Source: an uncultured Gemmatimonadales bacterium
GTDB taxonomy: Bacteria > Gemmatimonadota > Gemmatimonadetes > Gemmatimonadales > GWC2-71-9
Assembly: GCA_963830455.1 (NCBI GenBank)
Contig: CAWHMT010000004.1
Coordinates: 39,431 to 103,430, forward strand
Length of the DNA: 64,000 bases
Direction of reading: 5' to 3'
A program made the position numbers and the translations under genes. Of this stretch, positions 45,784 through 55,469 are shown piece by piece; the first letter of the stretch is position 1; the number at the start of each line of letters is the position of its first letter. A model generated the notes under the pieces. The model was given only the letters and a program-made list of their open reading frames with translations, had not been told where the DNA came from and did no database searches.

Positions 45784-47418
45784 ATGAATCGACTCTTTGT
45801 GACGAAAGCGCTCGGAGCGGGGGTGCTCCTGGGCTTGCTTGTTCTGCCCGGGCAGGGATGCACCAACCTCGATGAGACGCCGCTCAGCGTCATCTCGACG
45901 GGGAGTTTCTTCTCCAACGAGGCGGAAGTGAAGGCTGGTCTCGCCGGCGTATACGCGCAGCTGCGGAGCACAGCTCCCGAAGGCGCCATCTACGACGCGA
46001 ATGAGGTCACCACGGACGAGATCGTTGTGCCGATCCGCGGCCAGGACTGGAACGACAACGGCCAGTGGATCGATCTGCACAACCAGACCTGGTCGCCGAC
46101 GAGCATCGCGACCGCGAATTTCTTCAATGGGGCCTGGAATAGCGCGTACACAGGCGTCGCGCGCGCCACGCTGTTCATTTCCGCGCTACAGAACGTGACC
46201 GTTCCGAACAAGGCAACCTACATCGCCGAGGGCCGGGCGCTGCGCGCGTTCTATTACTACATCCTGATGGACCAGTTCGGCGGCGTGCCGATCGACACAA
46301 CCACTGAAATCGACCCGGCCGCCCGCAACACGCGTCGTGAAACGTTCGATTTCATCGAAAGTGAGCTGATTGCGGCGCGCGACGGAGGGCTGCCGGACAC
46401 CTGGGACGCCGCGAACAACGGGCGGTTCACCAAGGGCGCCGCGGATGCTATCCTCGCCAACATGTACATCAACGCCGGTGTGTTCACGAAAGACGGTGCC
46501 GCGGGTGGCATCCTTGCCGCCGCCTACAACACATGCTTGGGCGTGACGGTGAGCGGGGGCCAAGATGCGTGCGCGGCCGCGATCGCCGCGTCGGATCGCA
46601 TTCTGAATTCCGGCCACTATCAGCTGGCCGACTCGTTCCCCAAGGCCTTCCGGTACGACAACGGCACCTCGAAGGAGAACATCTTCGTCGTCAAGTTCAT
46701 CGCCTCGGACGGTGTGGGAATTGGTGTCACGATGTCGTCGCTGCACTATTGCCAGTATGCGCCGCTCACGCCCTGGAACGGCTTCTCCACCCTGGCGGAG
46801 ACGTACGGCGCGTTCGACCCGACGGACAAGCGCCGGAATGCGATCCTGATGGGGCCACAGAAGGACGTGCTCACCGGTGCACTGGTGACCGTACGCGTCT
46901 CCGGCGCGTGTCCCGCCTATACGCCGGCGAATGCGTTGGTTTTCACCGACACAATCCACAACATCACCTCGGCGAGCGAAAGCGAGGGTGGTCGGCCGTA
47001 TAAGTGGCCGGCCGACCCGTCCCACGTGGCGCAGAACAGCGGCAACGACTTCGCCTGGTTCCGCCTCGGGGAGATCTACCTGATCAAAGCCGAAGCCCTG
47101 AACGAACAGGCGGCAGGTAGCGCCGCGGCACTCACCGCGTTGAACACCCTGCGCGCTCGCGCGCCAGGAGAGGCCGTCAACACACCGCTCGCAGCGATCG
47201 ACCGCCCCACGATCCTCAGGGAGCGGCTGTTCGAGCTGTTCGGCGAGAGCAAGCGGCGGCAAGATCTGATCCGGTTCGGCGCGTATACCGGCCGGACGGA
47301 CGCCGCATCGGGCCTGGTCGGGGGCAAGGGTCCCAGACCGGATTACTACGTGTTGATGCCGATCCCGCAGACGCAGATCAACGCGAATCCCCTGTTGACG
47401 CAGAACCCAGGGTTCTAA
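45784..47418 (+). CDS. RagB/SusD-family nutrient-uptake outer-membrane lipoprotein
   Basis: 544 aa. Lipobox LPGQGC. SusD-like N-terminus (FFSNEAEVKAGLAGVYAQL) and C-terminus (WFRLGEIYLIKAEAL...ERLFELFGESKRRQDLIRFG). Begins 12 nt after the SusC stop. Confidence 0.85.
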   Translation: MNRLFVTKALGAGVLLGLLVLPGQGCTNLDETPLSVISTGSFFSNEAEVKAGLAGVYAQLRSTAPEGAIYDANEVTTDEIVVPIRGQDWNDNGQWIDLHNQTWSPTSIATANFFNGAWNSAYTGVARATLFISALQNVTVPNKATYIAEGRALRAFYYYILMDQFGGVPIDTTTEIDPAARNTRRETFDFIESELIAARDGGLPDTWDAANNGRFTKGAADAILANMYINAGVFTKDGAAGGILAAAYNTCLGVTVSGGQDACAAAIAASDRILNSGHYQLADSFPKAFRYDNGTSKENIFVVKFIASDGVGIGVTMSSLHYCQYAPLTPWNGFSTLAETYGAFDPTDKRRNAILMGPQKDVLTGALVTVRVSGACPAYTPANALVFTDTIHNITSASESEGGRPYKWPADPSHVAQNSGNDFAWFRLGEIYLIKAEALNEQAAGSAAALTALNTLRARAPGEAVNTPLAAIDRPTILRERLFELFGESKRRQDLIRFGAYTGRTDAASGLVGGKGPRPDYYVLMPIPQTQINANPLLTQNPGF

Positions 47419-50400
47419 TTGCTGAAGGCGTACCAAGGAGGGGCGCAGCCATATGCGCCCCTCCTTCTGTTTCTCCTGTCGCTGAGCGCCGCCTGCTCCG
47501 AGAAACCACACGACACCGCTCCACCGCAGCCGGGCAGAGAACTCTTTACGCGCATGCCCTCCGGCTACACGGGCGTCACGTTTGCCAATCGTCTGAGCGA
47601 AACGCACGACTTCAATGTCTTCACCTACCGCAATTTCTATAACGGCGGCGGCGTCGCGCTCGGTGACCTGACCGGGGACGGCCTCCCCGAAATCGTCCTC
47701 ACCTCGAATCAGGACGGTCCGAAAGTCTATCTGAACCTTGGCCGGTTTCAGTTTCGAGACGTGACCGAAGCGGCGCGCGTCGTGGAGCGGGACCGCTGGA
47801 CGACGGGTGTCACGCTCGCCGACGTGAATGGCGACGGGAAGCTCGACATCTACGTGTGCCACGCCGGCGTGAAGCCCGGCTCGGCGCGCGCGAATACGCT
47901 CTACATCAATCAGGGCATGACCGACGGCGTCCCGCATTTCACGGAGATGGCAGCGCAGTACGGCCTGGCCGATACCGGGTACTCGACCCAGGCCGCCTTC
48001 TTCGACTACGACGGCGACGGCGACCTCGACATGTTCCTGATTCGCAACTCCCCGCGGCCCGTCGCGAGCATCGCCGTCAAGAACCAGCGCACCCAGCGCG
48101 ACCCGTTAGGCGGCCACGAGCTCTACCGGAACGACCACGGTCACTTCGTCGACGTCAGCGAGCGGGCGGGGATCTACGGGCCCACGATCGGGTTTGGATT
48201 GGGAATCGCGGTCGGAGACGTGAATCGCGACGGCCGCCCCGACGTCTACATCGCGAACGACTTCTTCGAGCGCGACTACCTCTATCTGAACAACGGGAGC
48301 GGGACGTTTCGGGAGGTCCTTGAGGACGCGCTGCCGGTCTCGAGTTATTTCTCGATGGGCGTCGACATCGCCGACATCGACAACGATGGCTGGCCCGATA
48401 TCTACACGAGCGACATGCTCCCCGAAGACGACTACCGCCTCAAGACGACGCAAGCGTTCGAGCCGTGGACGGTCTATGATGCCAAGACACGCGACGGATT
48501 CGACCACCAGCTCATGCGCAACATGCTGCAGCGCAACAACGGAAACGGCACGTTCAGCGACATCGCCTGGCAGGCAGGGGTCGCGCGCACCGACTGGAGC
48601 TGGGCCGCGCTGCTCGCCGACTTCGACCTCGACGGCAACAAGGACATCTTCGTCGCCAATGGTCTGTCCAGGGACGTGACGTCACAGGATTACATCGCAT
48701 TTCTGTCGAACGATCAAACCCTGCTTGCGGCGACGCGCGGTGGGAAGCAGCGGGTCGATTTCGAGAGCCTGATCGCGGCCATGAGCTCGACCAAGCTTTC
48801 CAACGTTGCGTTCCGCAATCGCGGAGACCTGGCGTTCAGCAACGTGAGCGCGGAGTGGGGACTCGATCAGCCGAGTTTCTCGAATGGTGCCGCGTACGGG
48901 GACCTGGATGGCGACGGCGCGCTCGATCTCGTGGTGAACAACGTGAACGACGAAGCGTTCGTCTACCGCAACAATGCCCGCTCGCAGCGTGTCGGGAACC
49001 GGTTTCTTCAGGTGCGCCTGGTCGGGAGCGGGAGCAATCCGTTCGCGGTCGGCGCGCACGTCACGGTGCGCGCCGGCGGTACCGAATTCGCTCAGGAGCT
49101 CCAGCCGACGCGCGGCTTTCAGTCGAGCGTTGACTACACACTGACGTTCGGCGTCGGTCAGGTGGACACGCTCGAATCGGTGATCGTGGACTGGCCCGAC
49201 GGAAAATCGACGATCGTGTCACCGGTCGTCGCCAATCGGCTGCTCACGCTCCGCGAGGAGAACACCCAGCGAACGCGGGGGGCGTTGCGGCGCGACCGCA
49301 CCGAGCTGCTGCATGACGTCACGGCCGAAGTGGGCCTCGATTTTGTCCACCGGGAGAACGCATTCGTCGATTTCGATCGTGAACCCCTCATGCCCCGTAT
49401 GGTTTCGACCGAGGGGCCGATCGTGACGGTGGGCGACGTCAATCGGGACGGGCTGGACGACTTCTTCATCGGTGGCGCCAAGGAGCAGCCGAGCGCCCTG
49501 TACGTGCAGCGGCCCAACGGCACGTTCACGTCCACAAATCAGGCGTTGTTCGCTCAAGATCAGATCGCCGAAGATCTGGGGGCGGCGTTCCTCGACGCCG
49601 ACGGGAATGGCACACTCGATCTCTACGTCGCGACAGGCGGGACGGAATTCTCCGCGCTCGCTCCAGCGCTCGAGGACCACCTCTACCTGGGGAACGGGCG
49701 GGGCGCGTTCACGAAAGCCGTTGATCTGCCGCCGCTGTTCAACAGCAATTCGCGCGTGGCGGTGTCGGGTGATTTCGTATTCGTCGCGGGGCGGGCGGTG
49801 CCGGGGCGCTACGGCGTCGATCCGAACAGTACTCTGCTCAAGCGAGACTCCGCCGGCCGGTTCACGGATGTCACCGCGCAAGCCGCTCCGGAGCTCGCGC
49901 ATATCGGCATGGTCAGCGACGCGCTCTGGGCCGACGTCGATGGGGATGGCCGGGACGATCTCGTGGTCGTGGGCGAGTGGATGCCTATCACGGTCTTTCA
50001 CAACACGGGAACCAAACTCGAGCGCGTCAAGACACGCGGGCTCGAGCAGAGCGCCGGATGGTGGAACAGGATCGTGGCGGGCGATTTCACCGGCGACGGC
50101 CGCGTCGACTTCGTCATCGGAAACGCAGGACTCAACTTTCGGCTGCACGCCACTGTCGATGAGCCCGCGCGCATGTATATCCGGGACTTCGACCACAACG
50201 GATTTCCAGAGCAGGTGCTCACGACGATCGAGCGGGGAAGCGAGGTGCCGGTCGCGCTGCGGGATGAGCTGACCGCCGTGCTGCCCTTTCTGCAACCGCG
50301 ATATCCAACGTACGTCGATTACGCGCGCCAGAGTGTGCGCGACGTTTTTGGCAGCGCGCTGGACAGCGCGCTCGTCAAGCGCGTCGACACCTTCGCGTCG

Positions 50401-50760
50401 GTACTGGCACGCAACAACGGCGACGGCTCGTTTACACTGGTCCCGCTGCCGCGCGAGGCACAGATTGCTCCCATCTATGGGCTGCTGGCACGGGATTTCG
50501 ACCGCGACGGCAACCTCGACCTGTTGCTCGCCGGGAATCTGGCCGGCGTGCAGCCGGCATTCGGCCCGATGATGGGAAGCTATGGACTGCTGTTGCGTGG
50601 GAATGGCCGCGGCGAATTCGAGGTGGTCCCCGCGACCGAAAGCGGGTTCAACGTGCCAGGACAAACGCGGGACATTCAGCGCCTGCGCACGCGCCGGGGC
50701 GACCTCTACATCGTCGCCCGCAACAACGACCGGCCGCTGTTCTTCAGGCCGCTGCGCTAG
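47419..50760 (+). CDS. CRTAC1-like FG-GAP/VCBS-repeat protein with ASPIC/UnbV domain (lipoprotein)
   Basis: 1113 aa. Lipobox LSLSAAC. Repeats DLTGDGLPEIV, DVNGDGKLDIYV, DYDGDGDLDMF, DIDNDGWPDIY. UnbV block FLQVRLVGSGSNPFAVGAHVTVRAGGTEFAQELQPTRGFQSSVD. A second propeller half follows. Confidence 0.8.
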   Translation: MLKAYQGGAQPYAPLLLFLLSLSAACSEKPHDTAPPQPGRELFTRMPSGYTGVTFANRLSETHDFNVFTYRNFYNGGGVALGDLTGDGLPEIVLTSNQDGPKVYLNLGRFQFRDVTEAARVVERDRWTTGVTLADVNGDGKLDIYVCHAGVKPGSARANTLYINQGMTDGVPHFTEMAAQYGLADTGYSTQAAFFDYDGDGDLDMFLIRNSPRPVASIAVKNQRTQRDPLGGHELYRNDHGHFVDVSERAGIYGPTIGFGLGIAVGDVNRDGRPDVYIANDFFERDYLYLNNGSGTFREVLEDALPVSSYFSMGVDIADIDNDGWPDIYTSDMLPEDDYRLKTTQAFEPWTVYDAKTRDGFDHQLMRNMLQRNNGNGTFSDIAWQAGVARTDWSWAALLADFDLDGNKDIFVANGLSRDVTSQDYIAFLSNDQTLLAATRGGKQRVDFESLIAAMSSTKLSNVAFRNRGDLAFSNVSAEWGLDQPSFSNGAAYGDLDGDGALDLVVNNVNDEAFVYRNNARSQRVGNRFLQVRLVGSGSNPFAVGAHVTVRAGGTEFAQELQPTRGFQSSVDYTLTFGVGQVDTLESVIVDWPDGKSTIVSPVVANRLLTLREENTQRTRGALRRDRTELLHDVTAEVGLDFVHRENAFVDFDREPLMPRMVSTEGPIVTVGDVNRDGLDDFFIGGAKEQPSALYVQRPNGTFTSTNQALFAQDQIAEDLGAAFLDADGNGTLDLYVATGGTEFSALAPALEDHLYLGNGRGAFTKAVDLPPLFNSNSRVAVSGDFVFVAGRAVPGRYGVDPNSTLLKRDSAGRFTDVTAQAAPELAHIGMVSDALWADVDGDGRDDLVVVGEWMPITVFHNTGTKLERVKTRGLEQSAGWWNRIVAGDFTGDGRVDFVIGNAGLNFRLHATVDEPARMYIRDFDHNGFPEQVLTTIERGSEVPVALRDELTAVLPFLQPRYPTYVDYARQSVRDVFGSALDSALVKRVDTFASVLARNNGDGSFTLVPLPREAQIAPIYGLLARDFDRDGNLDLLLAGNLAGVQPAFGPMMGSYGLLLRGNGRGEFEVVPATESGFNVPGQTRDIQRLRTRRGDLYIVARNNDRPLFFRPLR

Positions 50761-51188
50761 CTTTTGGTACGAATGACTATCACGCCGTTCGAACCGCGGA
50801 CCCCGTACTCGGACGTTGCCGCGGCATCGCGCAGCACCTGGACGGTCTCGATATCATGGATGTTGATGGCGCTGAGATTGCCGCCCACCCCAGGACCGAG
50901 TGGGATGCCGTTCACAACAAACAGCGGCTCATCATCGCCGACGAGCGTGTTCTTTCCGCGAAGGATCAGCTTGGTATGACCGTCCGCGGCTCTCTCGATG
51001 GTGAGACCGGGCACGCGTGCAATCAGCAATTGCTCCAGGGACTGGCCCGGGTTGCGACGGATGTCCTCGGCCGTGAGGACCGTTCCTGGCGGGCGGGCCT
51101 CTGCTGGAGAGTCAGGCACGGCCTGGCGGTGCGAGCACGAGACGAGCAGCAAGCAGGATACCCAAGCAGCGCGCGGAATGGTCTTCAT
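50757..51188 (-). CDS. stand-alone TonB-dependent-receptor plug-domain lipoprotein
   Basis: Start chosen at ATG 51188 (MKTIPRAAWVSCLLLVSCSH, lipobox). LTAEDIRRNPGQSLEQLLIARVPGL...VNGIPL...IETVQVLRDAAATSEYGVRGSNGVIVIRTK is a plug domain with no barrel. Confidence 0.65.
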   Translation of the reverse strand: MKTIPRAAWVSCLLLVSCSHRQAVPDSPAEARPPGTVLTAEDIRRNPGQSLEQLLIARVPGLTIERAADGHTKLILRGKNTLVGDDEPLFVVNGIPLGPGVGGNLSAINIHDIETVQVLRDAAATSEYGVRGSNGVIVIRTKS

Positions 51189-51256
51189 AAACAGCCCCTT
51201 TAAGGGAATGCGCTGACACGCACAATATACCACGCCGTTCGACTTCGGAGTGACTC

Positions 51257-53286
51257 ATGCGAATGCAATCGCTGTTGCTCGTGCTGGCGGTATCGGCGGC
51301 CCCCGTCGTCGCCCAAACACGCGTTACCTCACCCGACAAGCGCAACGAGGTGCAGGTCGGCATTCACGAGGGCGGGCTCTACTACGTCGTGCAGCGCGAC
51401 GGCACCCCCCTGCTCACGCCGTCGCGGCTGGGGTTCGTGTTCCGCGGCGCCCCGCCACTGCGCGACTCGCTGAGCATCGTCGATTCCAGCCGCAGCACGT
51501 TTGACGAGACCTGGACCCAGCCGTGGGGCGAAGTGCGGCGCGTCCGCAATCATTACAACGAGCTGAAGGTCTCGGTTCAGGAGAACGACGGCGCCGCGGC
51601 GTCAGTTCGTGCTGGCGGTGCGCGCGTTCAACGACGGCGTGGCGTTCCGCTACGAGTTCCCCAGCGCAACCGAATTTGGGTGAGTTCGAAATCATGGACG
51701 AGCTGACCGAGTTTGCGTTCGCCGACAACGCGCGCGCCTGGTCGATCCCGTCCAACCGGCCGCGGCTCGACCGCTCCGAGCAGCTCTACTCCTCCCAGCC
51801 CGTCAGCACGCTCGACAGCGTGCAGACGCCGATCACGATGGAGACCCGCGACGGCAAGACGTTCATGGTGCTGCACGAGGCGAATCTCGTCGACTACGCG
51901 CGCATGAACATCAGGGGTCCGCGCATGGAGAACCGCACGCTGCGCGTCGATCTCGCGCCCTACGCGGACGGCGTGAAGGTGCGCGGCCGTACGCCGTTCA
52001 CCACACCCTGGCGCACGATTCAGATCGCGGATCGCGCCGGCGACCTGGCTCCGTCGGTGCTCGGCCTGAACCTCAATCCGCCGAGCGTCATCGCGAACAC
52101 GGACTGGATCAAGCCGATGAAGTACGTGGGCATCTGGTGGGGGATGCACATCAACACGATGACGTGGAACTCGGGGCCCAAGCACGGCGCCACGACCGCG
52201 AATACGAAACGCTACATCGACTTCGCGGCCGCCAACGGGTTCGGAGGAGTGCTGGTGGAAGGCTGGAACATCGGCTGGGACGGCGACTGGATCCAGAACC
52301 GCAACGCGTTCTCGTTTACGAGAGCCTATCCCGACTACGACATCGTCGAGCTGGCACGGTACGCGAAGTCCAAGGGCGTCCACTTGATCGTGCACAACGA
52401 GACGTCGGGCGGCATCCAGAACTACGAGCGCCAGATCGACAGCGCATTCTCCATGTACGAGCGGCTCGGCCTCGATGCGATCAAGTCCGGCTACGTGACC
52501 GACCTGACCAGTGAAGGCCATTCGCACTGGGGCCAGTTCATGGTCAATCATTACCGGCACGTGATCGAGAAGGCCGCGGAGCATCACATCATGCTGGACG
52601 CGCACGAGCCGATTCACGACACCGGCGAGCGCCGCACCTATCCCAACATGATGGCCCGCGAAGGGGCGCGCGGGCAGGAGTACAACGCCTGGGGCGGCGA
52701 GGGCGGCAATCCGCCCGAGCACGAGACGATCCTGTTCTTCACGCGGATGCTCACCGGGCCGATGGACTTCACGCCCGGGATCTTCGATATCCTGCGCACC
52801 AAGACCGGCCCCGCGCGGCGCAATGAAGACTCGCGCGTGCGCACCACGCTCGCCAAACAGCTCGCGCTGTACGTCGTGCTGTACTCGCCGCTGCAAATGG
52901 CGTCGGATCTGCCGGAGAATTACGAGGGCCAGCCGGCTTTCAAGTGGATCAAGGACGTCGCGGTCGATTGGGACACCAGCCGAGTGATCGACGGCAGGAT
53001 CGGCGACTACGTCATCGTGGCGCGCAAGCAGAAGGACAGCCCGCAGTGGTTCCTCGGCGCGATCACCGATGAAGAAGCGCGCACGTTCGACGTGCCGCTG
53101 ACGTTCCTCGATCCCGGCAAGAGCTACACCGCGGACATCTATGCCGACGGGCCGGGCGCCGACTGGCTCACGAACCCGACGCCGGTGCGGATCACGCACC
53201 GCACGGTGACTCGCGCCACGCGGCTCCACATCGCGCTTGCCAAGGGCGGCGGGCAGGCGATCCGGATTCGACCAGCACAACCTTAA
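51257..53286 (+). pseudogene. GH97 alpha-glucosidase (SusB-like); two +1 frameshifts 60 nt apart
   Basis: Signal MRMQSLLLVLAVSAAPVVAQ...ELKVSVQENDGAA (frame 2). Shift near 51590-51600 gives RQFVLAVRAFNDGVAFRYEFP (frame 0). Shift in CCCC 51659-62 gives AQPNLGEFEIMDELTEF...KYVGIWWGMHI...VLVEGWNIGWDGDW...VHNETSG... (frame 1), continuing to stop 53286. Confidence 0.75.
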
Positions 53287-53365
53287 TGATTTCATCCAAC
53301 AGAATTTCGGGTTTCTTCATGGTTCTTTCTGGACGGTGCCGCATGCCGCCGTAACTTTGCGCGCC

Positions 53366-55465
53366 ATGATCAATCCCGCGGAAATGCGATCCAAAACCGC
53401 GGAGTGGCAGCGCCGCTTGCTCGTAGCGGTAGCCGCTCTGCTGATCTTCGAGACGCTCTCAGGTCTCTCGATCTGGCTGTTGCCATTCAGCATTCCGAAT
53501 CAGGTCGCGGTCGTCCTGCATACCGCGATCGGCCTGATCTGCATCCTTCCCTACGCCTGGTACCAGCTGCGCCACTGGCGCCTGTATCGCGAGCGCCAGC
53601 TCACCCACGTCAAGCTCACCGGCTACTTCTCGATGGTCGCCGCGATCGCGGCCTGCGTCTCGGGAGTCGTGTTGTCGTATCAGGCGCTGTTCGCCGCCCG
53701 CATCGGCTACGGCTGGGATCTGGTCCACATCGTCTCAACGTTCGCGCTGCTCGCGTCTGTGCTGCCGCACGTTCTCAGTCTCGTCTATTACGCACGCCAT
53801 GGGAGCACGGAGACCGCGCTGGAGCTGCGGCGTGCCCAGCGGCAGTTTGGGCGCAGGACGCTGTACGGCACGTTCGCGCTGGGGTTGCTCGTCGCCCTGG
53901 TGGCCATCGCCTATCGGCCCGTGCGCCTGAACAACCAGCTGCCGGCCGACTACAGCTACGTGTACGGGCACGACCGGCCGTTCGCGCCGAGTCTCGCGCG
54001 CACGAACACAGCGCAGGCATTCGACGCGCGGTCGCTGGGCGGCTCCAAGTCGTGCGGCGAGGCCGGCTGTCACGAGCAGATCTACGAAGAGTGGTCGGTG
54101 AGCGCCCATCGCTACTCGGCGATGGACCTCGGCTTCCGCGCCATCCAGACGACGATGGGCCAGCAGAACGGGCCGGAATCGACGCGCTACTGCGCCGGCT
54201 GTCACGATCCGATTTCGCTGTTCGCCGGAACGAAGAACCTGTACCGCGACGAGCTGACCAACCCCATCGGCCGGGATGAGGGCGTCTCCTGCATCACGTG
54301 TCACGCGATTCGCGAAACCGACGTCAAGGGCAACGCCAGTTATGTGATCGCGCAGCCGGCGCGCTACATGTTCGAGCTGCGCGAGGGTGAAGGCGCTCGG
54401 CAGCTGCGCAACTTCCTGATCCGCGCCTACCCGCGCCAGCACGTGCGCTCGCTGCAGCACGGCCTCTTCAAGAGTCCCGAGTTCTGCGCCGCCTGTCACA
54501 AACAGTTTATCGACAAGGAAATCAACCAGGTCGGCTGGGTGCAGCTGCAGAATCAGTACGACAATTGGCGCAAGAGCCGCTGGAACGACACCCTCAACCC
54601 GCGGCGCACCGTCGAGTGCCGCGAGTGCCACATGCGGCTCGTGCCCTCCGAGGATCCGGCGCGCGGCGACGACCGCGACTACAACCGCTCGGCGGGCGAC
54701 GGCGCGCATCGCAGCCATCGCTTCCTCGCCGCGAATCAGTTCATGCCCGTCGCGCTCAAGCTGCCCGGCGCGGCGGAGCACGCCGAGCTCACCGCGCGCT
54801 GGCTCCAGGGGCGGATCGACGTGCCCGAGATCGCCGACAAATGGCGTACCGGACCGGCCGTGCCGATCGAGTTGGTGGCGCCGGCGCGCGTGCAGCCGGG
54901 AGAACCGGTCGATCTGCAGGTGCTGATCACGAACAACAAAGTCGGCCACGATTTCCCGACGGGGCCGCTCGACATCATCCAGTCGTGGGTCGAGATCGTG
55001 GTACGTGATCAGAACGGCAACGTGGTCTACGAGACCGGCCAGCGCGACGCGAAGCACTTCATCCGCCCGGGCTCGTTCATCTTCAAGGCCGAGCCGGTGG
55101 ACCAGTACGGCAAGCTGATCGATCGCCACAACCTCTGGGAAATGGTGGGCGTGCGCTACCGCCGCTCGATGTTCCCCGGACAGTCGGACCGCGCCGAGTT
55201 CACGTTCAATTGTCCCGCGACCTCGGCCCGGCCAACCCCAGCGTCGGCGACCGGGGGGGGGGAGATCGGCGATCAGCGCTACGCATTTCGCTCGCCCGCC
55301 GGGCGCGTTACGCGGCTCGACGTCTCCGCCAAGCTGCTGTACCGCAAGGTGGACCAGTTCCTCTTGAACTTCCTGTTCGGTGAGTCGTCCGGCATCACAG
55401 CTCCTGTGACGGTGGTCTCGGAGGACACCCGGAGCATCGAGGTCGTGCCCCAGCGCGGGCAGTAG
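53366..55465 (+). CDS. membrane-anchored multihaem c-type cytochrome (N-terminal cytochrome-b/DUF4405-like 5-TM domain + penta-haem periplasmic domain)
   Basis: Start ATG 53366 (MINPAEMRSKTAEWQRRLLVAVAALLIFETL...). About 5 hydrophobic helices with conserved His. Haem sites CGEAGCH (CX4CH-like), CAGCH, CITCH, CAACH, CRECH. C-terminal beta-rich region with VGHDFPTGP. Confidence 0.8.
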   Translation: MINPAEMRSKTAEWQRRLLVAVAALLIFETLSGLSIWLLPFSIPNQVAVVLHTAIGLICILPYAWYQLRHWRLYRERQLTHVKLTGYFSMVAAIAACVSGVVLSYQALFAARIGYGWDLVHIVSTFALLASVLPHVLSLVYYARHGSTETALELRRAQRQFGRRTLYGTFALGLLVALVAIAYRPVRLNNQLPADYSYVYGHDRPFAPSLARTNTAQAFDARSLGGSKSCGEAGCHEQIYEEWSVSAHRYSAMDLGFRAIQTTMGQQNGPESTRYCAGCHDPISLFAGTKNLYRDELTNPIGRDEGVSCITCHAIRETDVKGNASYVIAQPARYMFELREGEGARQLRNFLIRAYPRQHVRSLQHGLFKSPEFCAACHKQFIDKEINQVGWVQLQNQYDNWRKSRWNDTLNPRRTVECRECHMRLVPSEDPARGDDRDYNRSAGDGAHRSHRFLAANQFMPVALKLPGAAEHAELTARWLQGRIDVPEIADKWRTGPAVPIELVAPARVQPGEPVDLQVLITNNKVGHDFPTGPLDIIQSWVEIVVRDQNGNVVYETGQRDAKHFIRPGSFIFKAEPVDQYGKLIDRHNLWEMVGVRYRRSMFPGQSDRAEFTFNCPATSARPTPASATGGGEIGDQRYAFRSPAGRVTRLDVSAKLLYRKVDQFLLNFLFGESSGITAPVTVVSEDTRSIEVVPQRGQ

Positions 55466-55469
55466 TCCC

